Assembly: GCA_938091905.1 (NCBI GenBank)
Contig: CALKOM010000046.1
Location: 20,726-84,725, forward strand
Origin: an uncultured Verrucomicrobiales bacterium
Lineage (GTDB): Bacteria; Verrucomicrobiota; Verrucomicrobiia; Verrucomicrobiales; DEV007
DNA: 64,000 nucleotides
Direction: 5' to 3'
Below the pieces are notes generated by a model. The model had not been told where the DNA came from, searched no databases, and saw only the letters and a program-made list of their open reading frames with translations. The translations under genes were made by a program, and so were the position numbers. Shown piece after piece: positions 51,414 through 59,897 of this stretch (its first letter is position 1; every line of letters begins with the position of its first letter).

Positions 51414-52159
51414 GGTTGGCAGACGTGACAATCACTTCTCCGTGAGATCGTGATCTTTCGCAAGCCCATCGTGAGGGTATCCACATAAAGCATTTCGCCG
51501 AGGGACGGTTTTCCGACGCCTGTGAGCAGTTTGATACCCTCGAGCACGGCCATGTTTCCAATCATAGCAGAGACAGCGCCGATGACGGGGAAACGTCGTT
51601 TCCAGTGCGGTGGTTCCTCTGGGTATAGACACGCAAGGCAGGGGGTGACTCCCGGGACGATGGTCAAGACCTGACCTTCCATGCTATACATGGCTGCATC
51701 GATCATTGGGGTGTTGGATCTAACGCAGGCTTCGTTGAGCCAGAAGCGCTCTGTGAATCGTGGAGCGGCATCGAAGACGATATCGGCCTTGGATACGAGA
51801 CCGTGGGCGTTGTCGGCCGTGACGTGCGACTCGACTGTTTCTAGTTCGATGTGAGGGTTGAATGAGTGCAACGTCTTTGCCGCGCTCTGTGCGCGCGGTG
51901 TGTTGAGATCGTCATGTCGCATAAGGATCTGACGATTGAGATCACTGGGCTCCAGATTTCCACCGTGCGCGAGGATCAACTTACCGACACCGGCAGCTGC
52001 TAAGCTGAAGGCAATGGGGCCACCTAGACCGCCTAAACGCGTGACCAAGGCGGTGGTATTACGAAGTTTGGATTGCCCTTCCTCACCCATGCCGGGGACA
52101 TCGAGTTGCCATTCGTAAAACGAACGGTCTTGGTTTGTGAGCCTGATCTCGCCTGCCAT
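51410..52159 (-). CDS. HesA/MoeB/ThiF family E1-like adenylyltransferase
   Basis: LGGLGG, SDLNRQIL, CLAC and CHVC Zn pairs; HesA-like AHGGNL segment. Confidence 0.9.
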   Translation of the reverse strand: MAGEIRLTNQDRSFYEWQLDVPGMGEEGQSKLRNTTALVTRLGGLGGPIAFSLAAAGVGKLILAHGGNLEPSDLNRQILMRHDDLNTPRAQSAAKTLHSFNPHIELETVESHVTADNAHGLVSKADIVFDAAPRFTERFWLNEACVRSNTPMIDAAMYSMEGQVLTIVPGVTPCLACLYPEEPPHWKRRFPVIGAVSAMIGNMAVLEGIKLLTGVGKPSLGEMLYVDTLTMGLRKITISRRSDCHVCQP

Positions 52160-52172
52160 GATGCTGGCTCTC

Positions 52173-52463
52173 CTAACCTCCCGCAATGGGGGTCATGATG
52201 AAGATTTCACATGGTCTCGTAAGTGATAAAGCCTCTGGATCGAGTGCGTGTTCTCCGTTAATAGAAATGACTAGCGCTCGTCTTAACTGTTTATTCTCAT
52301 CAAAGAGCAGCTCCTGAAATCTTCCCCCATGGCGGTTGGCAGTGTCGCGTAAGAACGATGTGAGTGCAGTTCCCTGTGGGACTGGCTTGGTCTCCTCCGA
52401 GGCACCGACGATACCCGCCAATTGGCCTGCGTAGGTCATGGTGATGGGGATTTCAGATTCCAT
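52173..52463 (-). CDS. MoaD/ThiS family ubiquitin-like (sulfur-carrier) protein
   Basis: 96 aa, YAGQL, ISING, C-terminal PIAGG. Confidence 0.9.
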   Translation of the reverse strand: MESEIPITMTYAGQLAGIVGASEETKPVPQGTALTSFLRDTANRHGGRFQELLFDENKQLRRALVISINGEHALDPEALSLTRPCEIFIMTPIAGG

Positions 52464-52482
52464 GTAGTGCGACTTAAAAGGA

Positions 52483-53577
52483 TTAGCGCCGCGCTATCAA
52501 GTAGGTTCCCAGAAGAGTGACCGCAAGAATGCCACCTAACGTCAAGACCAAGACCTTCGGAAGAGGGGAATGGGATTCAGCGGATGACGAGGCCTTCTGA
52601 GAGGCACTGGGCTCGGCGACTCCGAAACCAGAAAGTGCAGGGAGGGCCCGCTCGACAATGAACGAGGTGCCTTCCAGCTTTGCATTCCAATCGACGGCCA
52701 AGAGGAGATCCAGGCCGGGGTTCTCATCCTTCACCTGACAGGAGCATTCGCCACAAAGGTAGTCGCAGGCTCCAGAGATCGAGGCTTTACTGAGTGCGCT
52801 TGCTGGTATGCCCTCAAGAGCTCGCCCTCGGCCAAAGACAGGGATTGCCACGGGTTCATCTGGCTTGCCGCCAAAGTGCTCAAGCATCTTGATAAAGATC
52901 GATTCGGCGGGTGTTTCGCGTGAGAGCGTGAAGATAGGGAAGTGGATCTTCAGCGGAATCTCGGTTCTGAGGACGTCATCCATTTCCAACGGTTGGCCGT
53001 CTTTCGTCGTGCCTTCGGCCGTTACCTCATCGGCTCGGACCACGCCTTCTGGAATGGTCAAGTTTGCTGTGACGGTGTCTAACAAGGCGCGTAAACGCGT
53101 TTCGGCAGCAGCGTCTCGGCTGGCATCGCCACATTGTAAGAGAATCCATGTCGTCGAACTGCCTTTGAGAATCGCATCGACAAGTTGCGTGCGAATGGGG
53201 GAGTCGATGACACGACTAACTGAGGTCGTGTCGAGTGGGCCTTCCCACAGAGAAGCCTCGATGTTAGAACCGTGCGGATAGTGAAGCCGTAGCTGCGGTA
53301 TCTTGCCCACGACATCGACATCGTCGATTTGCCATTTCTGTTCTTCCGTTAGGTCTGCGACGTTGATCAGCTCCACTTCGAGATTCGCTGGCGCGTTTAC
53401 TAGCGGAGCGGCGAGAACTTCAACGGAAGACTTCAGGTCGGCTCCTCGATAAAGAATCACAGCGCGGTAAGCGTCTGACTCCCAGCGCTCCAAGGCATAG
53501 CGAAAGACGGGCACCTTGCACGCTTCCCCCATGGAGATGAGTGCGATGAGAAGGGCGATAACAGCGGCGGATCTCAT
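52483..53577 (-). CDS. Hypothetical exported protein with Cys motifs and a C-terminal membrane anchor
   Basis: Signal peptide + ACKVPVFRYALERW; PVFGRGRAL; CDYLCGECSCQVKDENPG; C-terminal TM. ATGA overlap with the upstream gene. Confidence 0.8.
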   Translation of the reverse strand: MRSAAVIALLIALISMGEACKVPVFRYALERWESDAYRAVILYRGADLKSSVEVLAAPLVNAPANLEVELINVADLTEEQKWQIDDVDVVGKIPQLRLHYPHGSNIEASLWEGPLDTTSVSRVIDSPIRTQLVDAILKGSSTTWILLQCGDASRDAAAETRLRALLDTVTANLTIPEGVVRADEVTAEGTTKDGQPLEMDDVLRTEIPLKIHFPIFTLSRETPAESIFIKMLEHFGGKPDEPVAIPVFGRGRALEGIPASALSKASISGACDYLCGECSCQVKDENPGLDLLLAVDWNAKLEGTSFIVERALPALSGFGVAEPSASQKASSSAESHSPLPKVLVLTLGGILAVTLLGTYLIARR

Positions 53578-54959
53578 TGGAAACAATAGATCGCGCCAGT
53601 GTCGGTGCTGATAAAGAGGCGACCGTTGGCAGCTGCCAATCCATAAGCTTTGCCGTCGACCTTGGCCTCCCAAAGTTTCTCTCCTGTCTTGGCGTGAAAG
53701 GTCGCGACGCTGTCTTGGCCTCCGACAAAGAGGTGCTCGTTCGCTAACATGAATCCAATCGGAATGGAGTATTCTTTGGACCACAGTTCACATGACGGCT
53801 TGCGTGCCTCGATCTCAGCGATGGCCTTCTTGGCTACGGTGATCTCCTCTTTCAGCTCGGCCATGCGAGTTTTGTCCGTTGCTTTCTTGGCTTTGTCCAT
53901 CGCCTTGCTGCGCTTCTCGTTCGCATCGGCCAAGACATTGATCTCAGCCTGCAACGCAACGATTTTAAAGCGGTCGATTACTTTGAGTCGGTTGCCTTGA
54001 TGAGAGTAAGCGTATGGTCCCGAAACGATCATACGATCTGCGCCTCCAAAACTCACTAACGTTTCCCGATTCTTGCCGTCGGCGATACGGACGGTGTCCG
54101 ACTTCTCCTTCTGGTTTGCCGGCATGGAAATGAGCTGCTCGTCCTCGGTGAGCACACAATAGACCCCGCCACTCCCAGCGATGCCTCCTAGACGTTTGCC
54201 GTCTGCAATTCGGTAGACCAATGGGACGCTGCGACCCTGAGGCGCGTAGAGGTTGTCTTTAGATGCTAAAAGAGCGCCCTGCAAGGTGATGCCTGTCTCC
54301 TTCATGACAAAACGCCCGAGATCACCCTGCGAACCTGTTCCTGCATCCACGGCACACAAGAAGGACGGCTCCCATGGCATCAGGGATGCGCCGAAATAGG
54401 CGACTCCATTCTGGAGGAGGACGCCTGAACGCACAGGCCAGAGGGAGATTAACTTGCCGTTGCTAGGTATCAGTCGTGGGTCCGGGGACGGTTTTGATTT
54501 CCAAACCAGTTCGCCTGAAGACGTCTGCACGCAGTAAACATGACCGTCGTCCGAGCCGAACCACGCCTTGTCGCCACCGATGGTCGGTGGTAGCCGGACG
54601 GCGCTGTTCGTGTAGTGCTGCCATCGACTCTCACCATTCGTGGCATCCAGGCAGTGCGCTGAGTTGTCGACTGACGAACCGAAGTAGACCGAATCGGCCA
54701 CGGCAGTGACGTAGAAGGCTGGATCAAAGTTGCGCATCGACTGCAAACCGTCATTGCCCGAATACGCATCCCACTTGGCTGGTCCGGTCCAAGCTGTCTG
54801 AGGAGGGGAAGGAGACTCGTAGCGCCAGCTTTCCTTCAAGGGTAGTGCGAGCGCCTCCTTGGTGACGGCGCTGCGGCGATTGTCATGCTGGTAGGTGGGC
54901 CAGTCTTCGGCCAGGCCGGTCCACTGAAAGGCGATGAGTAGAAGTAGAGTGGTTCTCAT
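53574..54959 (-). CDS. Secreted PQQ-binding-like beta-propeller repeat protein with a coiled-coil insert
   Basis: DWPTYQHDNRRSA; repeated CLDATNGESRW / TGEKLW; SLWPVRSGVL. ATGA overlap. Confidence 0.85.
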   Translation of the reverse strand: MRTTLLLLIAFQWTGLAEDWPTYQHDNRRSAVTKEALALPLKESWRYESPSPPQTAWTGPAKWDAYSGNDGLQSMRNFDPAFYVTAVADSVYFGSSVDNSAHCLDATNGESRWQHYTNSAVRLPPTIGGDKAWFGSDDGHVYCVQTSSGELVWKSKPSPDPRLIPSNGKLISLWPVRSGVLLQNGVAYFGASLMPWEPSFLCAVDAGTGSQGDLGRFVMKETGITLQGALLASKDNLYAPQGRSVPLVYRIADGKRLGGIAGSGGVYCVLTEDEQLISMPANQKEKSDTVRIADGKNRETLVSFGGADRMIVSGPYAYSHQGNRLKVIDRFKIVALQAEINVLADANEKRSKAMDKAKKATDKTRMAELKEEITVAKKAIAEIEARKPSCELWSKEYSIPIGFMLANEHLFVGGQDSVATFHAKTGEKLWEAKVDGKAYGLAAANGRLFISTDTGAIYCFQ

Positions 54960-57064
54960 TTCGAAGCTCCTTCCGCTGAGGGTGCATAACCTAACAAGGT
55001 TCTCGGCGCGAAGACGAGCGACGTTTCCATCCAGCCGCCGCAGGAACACCCGCCGCCGCCCTCCGGAACTAACAGCATGCCATTGGAGGGCACGATGCTG
55101 AGCCAACAGCTTGGTCGCAGTCTCTTCCAGCTCGTCACGGTTTCCTTCTTCTGATCCCACATGGCGATTTGGCGATTCTCACCCCGATAGATGAGACAAT
55201 CCTTGGCGCCGACATAGGTGTGGCAGCCACTCCGCTCGCCGACATTGGAGGTGATGAGTTTGCCAGTCTCTAGCGAATAGCCATTCGGTTGAAGAAAGAT
55301 CTTATCATTGACAATGACAGGATGTTGGAAATGGCCACTGTGATGATCGTCAGGCCACGGCTTGCTGTTCGTCCATTGCAGTTCGCCTGTTTGAGGATGA
55401 AAGCTGTAGAGATGGTATTGCGTGTTGGAAGCGACAACGATGATGCCTTCTGGGACGACCTGCATGAAATAGGAAATGACGCCCGCTTGCGTGCTGATCG
55501 ACTTCTCAAAAGCAATTTCGCCTGTCGCGGTATCCAAGGCGACGAGGTAGAGGTCTAACCAAAGTTCCTTTGCGGTGATCTGTCGGGCGCTGGCTGCGAG
55601 AACTTTGGGATGACGTGTCTCGACGAAATACATCTTCCCGCTGCTAATAGAAATGGTCGGGTTGATGATGAGCCCCTTTTCATAGGACCAAGCCAGTTTC
55701 TTCGAGCCGAGGTCATAGGCGAATACGCCATCGCTACAGACTTTGCCTGTGCCTTCGCCTTCTTTGGCATCGTACCACTTGTCACCGCCCCAGTAGTTCG
55801 TATAAGCGGCTTTTGAATCGACTCGGCTTCCGAAAAGACGATCACCTGCGTTGGCAATGTAGCCCCACGATTGGGGCTTTTCAGGATTCGAAGGAAGTTC
55901 AAACGTCGTCAGGCGGTTTCCCGTCGCTGCGTCGTGCATCCAGGCACGATCTTGGATCGCGATAAAGAGATGTTCCGCATTCACGCACCAGTTGCTGCAA
56001 TCGCGGGGGATATTGACCCGCCGGAAATCTGGGATCTCTAAACTCCAGAGGACGCTGCCGTTGTAGGCGTCGATGGCGGCCAATCGATTCAATCCCTGGT
56101 GAAAGAGACGGCCGTTGGAAGCAATGGGCGCTGGCATGCGAGGATTACGATCAATGCCAAAGTCGCCACCCGGTCTTCCCACCCACTGCACGACGAGATC
56201 ATCTGTTGAGTTGGCTCCACCTAACGTTTCACCACTACTTGCGGTATTTCCCGCGTCGCCATACTGGTGTGTCCATTCGCCAATCCCATTTAATTTGGGG
56301 CGCTCCCGAACACTAGCAATTCTACCTTCTGAGAGGTAACAGACCTTGCCTCCACCGGGGACGAGTAGGTCGTTAATCTTGGCGTCGGAAAGGGGTGGGT
56401 TGGCGGCATCTGCTAGGATGAGATTTGCAAAGCAGGACGTTATTGGCAGGCGGTCGAACGAAGTCACCTCCAAGACAGAGACGCGCGATCCATACACTTT
56501 CCTTGATTGCAAGGCTTCGCGAAGTGCCGTGACTTTGGCGGGCTCGGACTCGATTGCGTAAACGATTAGATCGCTCTGATCAACGAGCGCTAGGAGAAGG
56601 TCAGGATCGGTAGCGCCAAGAATTGCGGCATAGCCCTCACGCACCCCGGTCTTCTCGAGGACTACACGAGCGCGTGCACTCACATCGTCTTTCCCGGTCA
56701 TGGAAGGCGTTGTGGGCACGGAGAAGTTCAGGGCAGTGCTGAACTCATACAAGGGACTGAGCGATCGTTTCCCTTTGATCGTGGTGCCAACCTTGTAGTG
56801 GTAGGCGAAGCCCGCCTTGAGATCTGTGAGCCGGGCGGTATGGGTGGTCCCGTCCGACTCGGCTTGAACAACGGTGCCAAGTTTGGGCGTGAGCCCGTAG
56901 GCCACGGCACCAGATCCGTTGGCAGTAGATTCCCACACGACCTTCGCCGAGGCGGGCGAGTCAAATTGGAGCATGGGCGAGACGGCGATGGTTTGATCGG
57001 CTGATCGGACATCGACCAGGCAACAAGCGAGCGCCGCGATGGCAGTGAACAATATAGGGTTCAT
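54956..57064 (-). CDS. Secreted protein: Fn3/purple-acid-phosphatase-N-like + SAM-methyltransferase-like + PQQ-like beta-propeller with a Cys-rich C-terminus
   Basis: HTARLTDLKAGFAYHYKV; GYAAILGA...DLLVPGGG; GEWTHQYGDAGNT; RSGCHT, RPSCW, PEGGGGCSCG. Confidence 0.82.
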   Translation of the reverse strand: MNPILFTAIAALACCLVDVRSADQTIAVSPMLQFDSPASAKVVWESTANGSGAVAYGLTPKLGTVVQAESDGTTHTARLTDLKAGFAYHYKVGTTIKGKRSLSPLYEFSTALNFSVPTTPSMTGKDDVSARARVVLEKTGVREGYAAILGATDPDLLLALVDQSDLIVYAIESEPAKVTALREALQSRKVYGSRVSVLEVTSFDRLPITSCFANLILADAANPPLSDAKINDLLVPGGGKVCYLSEGRIASVRERPKLNGIGEWTHQYGDAGNTASSGETLGGANSTDDLVVQWVGRPGGDFGIDRNPRMPAPIASNGRLFHQGLNRLAAIDAYNGSVLWSLEIPDFRRVNIPRDCSNWCVNAEHLFIAIQDRAWMHDAATGNRLTTFELPSNPEKPQSWGYIANAGDRLFGSRVDSKAAYTNYWGGDKWYDAKEGEGTGKVCSDGVFAYDLGSKKLAWSYEKGLIINPTISISSGKMYFVETRHPKVLAASARQITAKELWLDLYLVALDTATGEIAFEKSISTQAGVISYFMQVVPEGIIVVASNTQYHLYSFHPQTGELQWTNSKPWPDDHHSGHFQHPVIVNDKIFLQPNGYSLETGKLITSNVGERSGCHTYVGAKDCLIYRGENRQIAMWDQKKETVTSWKRLRPSCWLSIVPSNGMLLVPEGGGGCSCGGWMETSLVFAPRTLLGYAPSAEGASK

Positions 57065-57213
57065 CACCTGCAGCCTGCCCGTCGGCCCGCCGCAAGACAA
57101 GCGAGGAATCCAGTCTCTTTGGCCACCTTGGCTTGATCTTTGGGGCCTCGTATCGCTGAACTTCGCGAAGTAGTGAAAGGATGCGAACAACCAAGGCCAG
57201 ACGCTTACCTGAT

Positions 57214-57283
57214 CTTGGTGTCTTCGAGGCTTAGTGTGAGAAACAAAGACGGTTTTGGGCTGGTCTCAGACAAAGACACCAAG
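57214..57283. repeat. 11-bp perfect inverted repeat CTTGGTGTCTT / AAGACACCAAG upstream of the operon
   Basis: Arms at 57214-57224 and 57273-57283. Confidence 0.8.
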
Positions 57284-57424
57284 GAGGGGCTTTTAGATGC
57301 AAGAAATGACGTTCCGTCTATTAACTCTAGCGGCTTTCTTTCGTCCTTTCCCTTCAAGGAGAGAAAGTGTAGGGAGTTGCAATGACACCGTCAATAAGGC
57401 TGCGCTGGGCAAGCATGAGCGGCT

Positions 57425-58063
57425 TCAATTCGTTTGAATAGCGACGCGCCCGTTGGCGACTCCGATTGATTTCAGGCGTTTGACGATGGGCTTGATTTGC
57501 TTGTCGTCTCTGAAGGGGCCCAACAGATTCATATTGTCTGAAATCGAATTGAGGAAGCCTTCGGGTATCACAGTGCCATTGTCAGGCTTGATGCCGATGA
57601 TGCGGAGCATGGGTTGGCCCTCGACGAGTTCGGGGCGGAACTCGACCTCGGCGTTGAGGTAGCGAAGTTCAGCCCCAAAGAACGGTAACTGTTGCATGGG
57701 AAAGGCGATGCGGCCTTTGAGCGTGGTGCCATCGATTTGCTGGAAGGAGACGAGTTCGCGCATGTCGATGAGGCGGTCCTCGTGACCGACGAGGTCATTG
57801 AGATCGGCTGGGGTCAGTTCGAGGGTGGCGGGCCTGTCGTTACGGACGTTGTCGTCAAATTCGCGGACGCGGGCTCGGAGTGCGAAGACGGTGTCGGCAT
57901 CTCGGTAGACGACGTTCAGGTCACCCCGCGTATTCTGGGTAAATTTATCGATCTCACGATTCTGAGTATAGCCAGTATAGATAGTCCAGGTGACTACCAG
58001 GGAGAATACAATCAGGATTGCGATTCCGAGGGTGCAGCCGGCTTTTGGAGAGCGATTCGCCAT
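57425..58063 (-). CDS. Hypothetical membrane-anchored protein (possible paralog of 17272-17973)
   Basis: N-terminal GC + TM helix; LELTPADLNDLV. Confidence 0.75.
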   Translation of the reverse strand: MANRSPKAGCTLGIAILIVFSLVVTWTIYTGYTQNREIDKFTQNTRGDLNVVYRDADTVFALRARVREFDDNVRNDRPATLELTPADLNDLVGHEDRLIDMRELVSFQQIDGTTLKGRIAFPMQQLPFFGAELRYLNAEVEFRPELVEGQPMLRIIGIKPDNGTVIPEGFLNSISDNMNLLGPFRDDKQIKPIVKRLKSIGVANGRVAIQTN

Positions 58064-58241
58064 AGGCGGAGCATAGCCAAGGGGGCAGGAGCCAGCAAGG
58101 AAAGGCGGAGTATGGAGCGATATCTGAGAATCGTAGAAACTCTTGCCCGTTCGTTTTGTTGAAAGATCTAGGGTTGCTACTTTGTATTGACCTTCGTAGA
58201 ATACAGAACTGAGACTCACCATCCATCCAAAATATACAGAT

Positions 58242-58571
58242 ATGAAGAAGCTAATTATGGCACTAACCTTGGCTATCGGGCTCGTTTCCGGTTTTGCTGA
58301 GGAGAAGAAAAAGGCGACTGCTTATGTGGTCGGAATGACCGGAGTTACTTGAGCCGGCTGTAAAAAAGACGTCCGTGCGGCGTTTAAAAAGCTCGAAGGT
58401 GTTTCTGAAATCAAGATCGCTGCTGGTGACAAGCCAGGCACTCAAAAGGTGACAGTGATGTCGACTTCAGGAGATCTGACGAAAGAAAAGGCAGTCAAGG
58501 CTCTCGGCAAGAAAGCTAAGGCTTATGTCGTGAAGACGTTCAAGAAGAAGGGAGAGGAAAAGGCTTCCTGA
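58242..58571 (+). CDS. Probable selenoprotein: secreted heavy-metal-associated (HMA/MerP-like) domain protein with UxxC
   Basis: MKKLIMALTLAIGLVSGFAEEKKKATAYVVGMTGVT-(TGA 58350-58352)-AGCKKDVRAAFKKLEGVSEIKI...EKAS*. The frame stays open 72 codons past the TGA, and a SECIS-like hairpin follows. Confidence 0.85.
58367..58385 (+). promoter_or_regulatory. Bacterial SECIS-like hairpin
   Basis: AGACG-(U bulge)-CC-GUGC-GG-CGUUU. The apical loop begins with GU, 22 nt after the UGA. Confidence 0.7.
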
Positions 58572-58617
58572 GTCGTTCCTCTATCTGAACTTTCTAGACA
58601 AAATTTGAGTCTCTTAA

Positions 58618-58654
58618 GACCCTCGTTCGCTTCGGCGGGCGAGGGTTTCTCTTT
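58618..58654 (+). terminator. Rho-independent terminator
   Basis: GACCCTCGTTCGC-TTCG-GCGGGCGAGGGTT followed by TCTCTTT, after the 58571 stop. Confidence 0.85.
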
Positions 58655-58701
58655 ATCTGGATGACGCTTGCAATCCGAGATGACCGGTCTATGGAAACCT
58701 T

Positions 58702-58875
58702 ATGATGGGACGCTTATTCATTGTCATCGCAGCTTTGGGGCTCGTCTTTGGTTATAGTGCATGTGAACGTCAGAAGTGGGAAGAGTCCCGCGTTCTCCAC
58801 ATGAAACATGAGCATGGAGACAAGCATGATCATCCTGAGGGCGACAAAAAGGCTGAAGATGCTGCCAAGAAGTAG
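58702..58875 (+). CDS. Small His-rich lipoprotein (57 aa)
   Basis: Not in the ORF track. MMGRLFIVIAALGLVFGYSACERQKWEESRVLHMKHEHGDKHDHPEGDKKAEDAAKK*; lipobox-like YSAC. Confidence 0.75.
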   Translation: MMGRLFIVIAALGLVFGYSACERQKWEESRVLHMKHEHGDKHDHPEGDKKAEDAAKK

Positions 58876-58882
58876 CATTAAC

Positions 58883-59876
58883 TCAGTGCTCCTCAGGCCA
58901 GCTTACTTGGTCGTAGAGTTGCTTGAGCCGGGCACCACGCTTTGGGTTCACCGTCGTGATCCAGTCGATCTTTCCTCGTAGTCGACGCATGGGCCTCTCC
59001 AATTCTGAGCTGAGAAATTGTCTCTGTGCGTCGAGTCTGGTGGGGTTAAAGAGGATCGCTTTAAGCTTGTCATAGTCCTTACGCCGAATGTTTGGGCGGT
59101 GGTTGATCACTTGTCCTCCCAGACACTGGCGTTGATTGGCTTCATAAGCCGGGTCTTTCGATGATTGATCGTGAGGCCCTCTGAATTAGCGATGGCCGTG
59201 ATTTGGGGAATGAGTCCTTCGGCGATGCGGTTTACCGAAGTATTGCCCGAGAAAGCGAGGTCGTCTGCATAGCTCGTGTAATGAGCTCCAATCGATCGCG
59301 CGAACCCTGTGAGGCGTGTGTCGAGACGGTGGAGTAGGAGGTTTGATAGGGCCGCTGAAGTGAGGGCGCCTTGGGCCAGGTGCTGTTGGAGTAGGCGTTC
59401 TCTTGTGGAGGAGGAAAGGGGGTATTCGGTTTGAGTGAGGACCGTCTGTGGCGTAGCATCGCAGGCGAGCCGTGAAAGCGTGGTGGCGGCCGGGTCAGGA
59501 TAGCCTGCTGTTCAGAGGAGTGCGCGCACTCGAGCTCCTGAGAGGGATGGAAGGAAGTCTTCGATGTCCATACGAAGAACGACAGCCTTGCCCACATGTC
59601 CGGCGACGTAGCTGACAACGGATTTCCTTGGAAGAAAGCTATGCACGGCCCCGTGCGGTGGGATCAAGGCTAACACTTTGCGTAAGAGTCTACGTTGGTA
59701 GAGTTTAAGGACTTCCTTGGATTTCTCTAACCGGCGTTGGCCACCGGATTTCTTTCGACGCCATTCATAGGAGTAATGGTGATTCGGGTGTTCTGGACTG
59801 CAGCCACGAATATAATTGGTGAACCAGAGCAGCTCTCCGCAGGTGAGGCCCCACGAGAAATCCTCGCGCAAGGAGT
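58883..59876 (-). pseudogene. Retron-like RNA-directed DNA polymerase (reverse transcriptase), degraded
   Basis: RRKKSGGQRRLEKSKEVLKLYQR...HVGKAVVLRMDIEDFLPS; in-frame TGA at 59512-59514; LAQGALTSAALSN...YTSYADDLAFSG (YADD at 59260-59271); frameshift near 59140; QRQCLGGQVINHRPN...LKAILFN. The 5' end appears missing. Confidence 0.88.
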
Positions 59877-59897
59877 GTGGCAGCTTCCTTCAACTCT

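Noticed and set aside
57065..57424. Moco/Tuco riboswitch upstream of the mod-containing operon
   Set aside because: Only a loose CTCCC...GGAAAGGA resemblance far from the start codon; the conserved multi-stem core could not be built by eye. An Infernal search with the Rfam Moco model would decide.
59512..59514. In-frame TGA in the RT as selenocysteine
   Set aside because: The position is not a Cys motif (likely Arg, CGA), and the gene also has a frameshift and a truncated 5' end.
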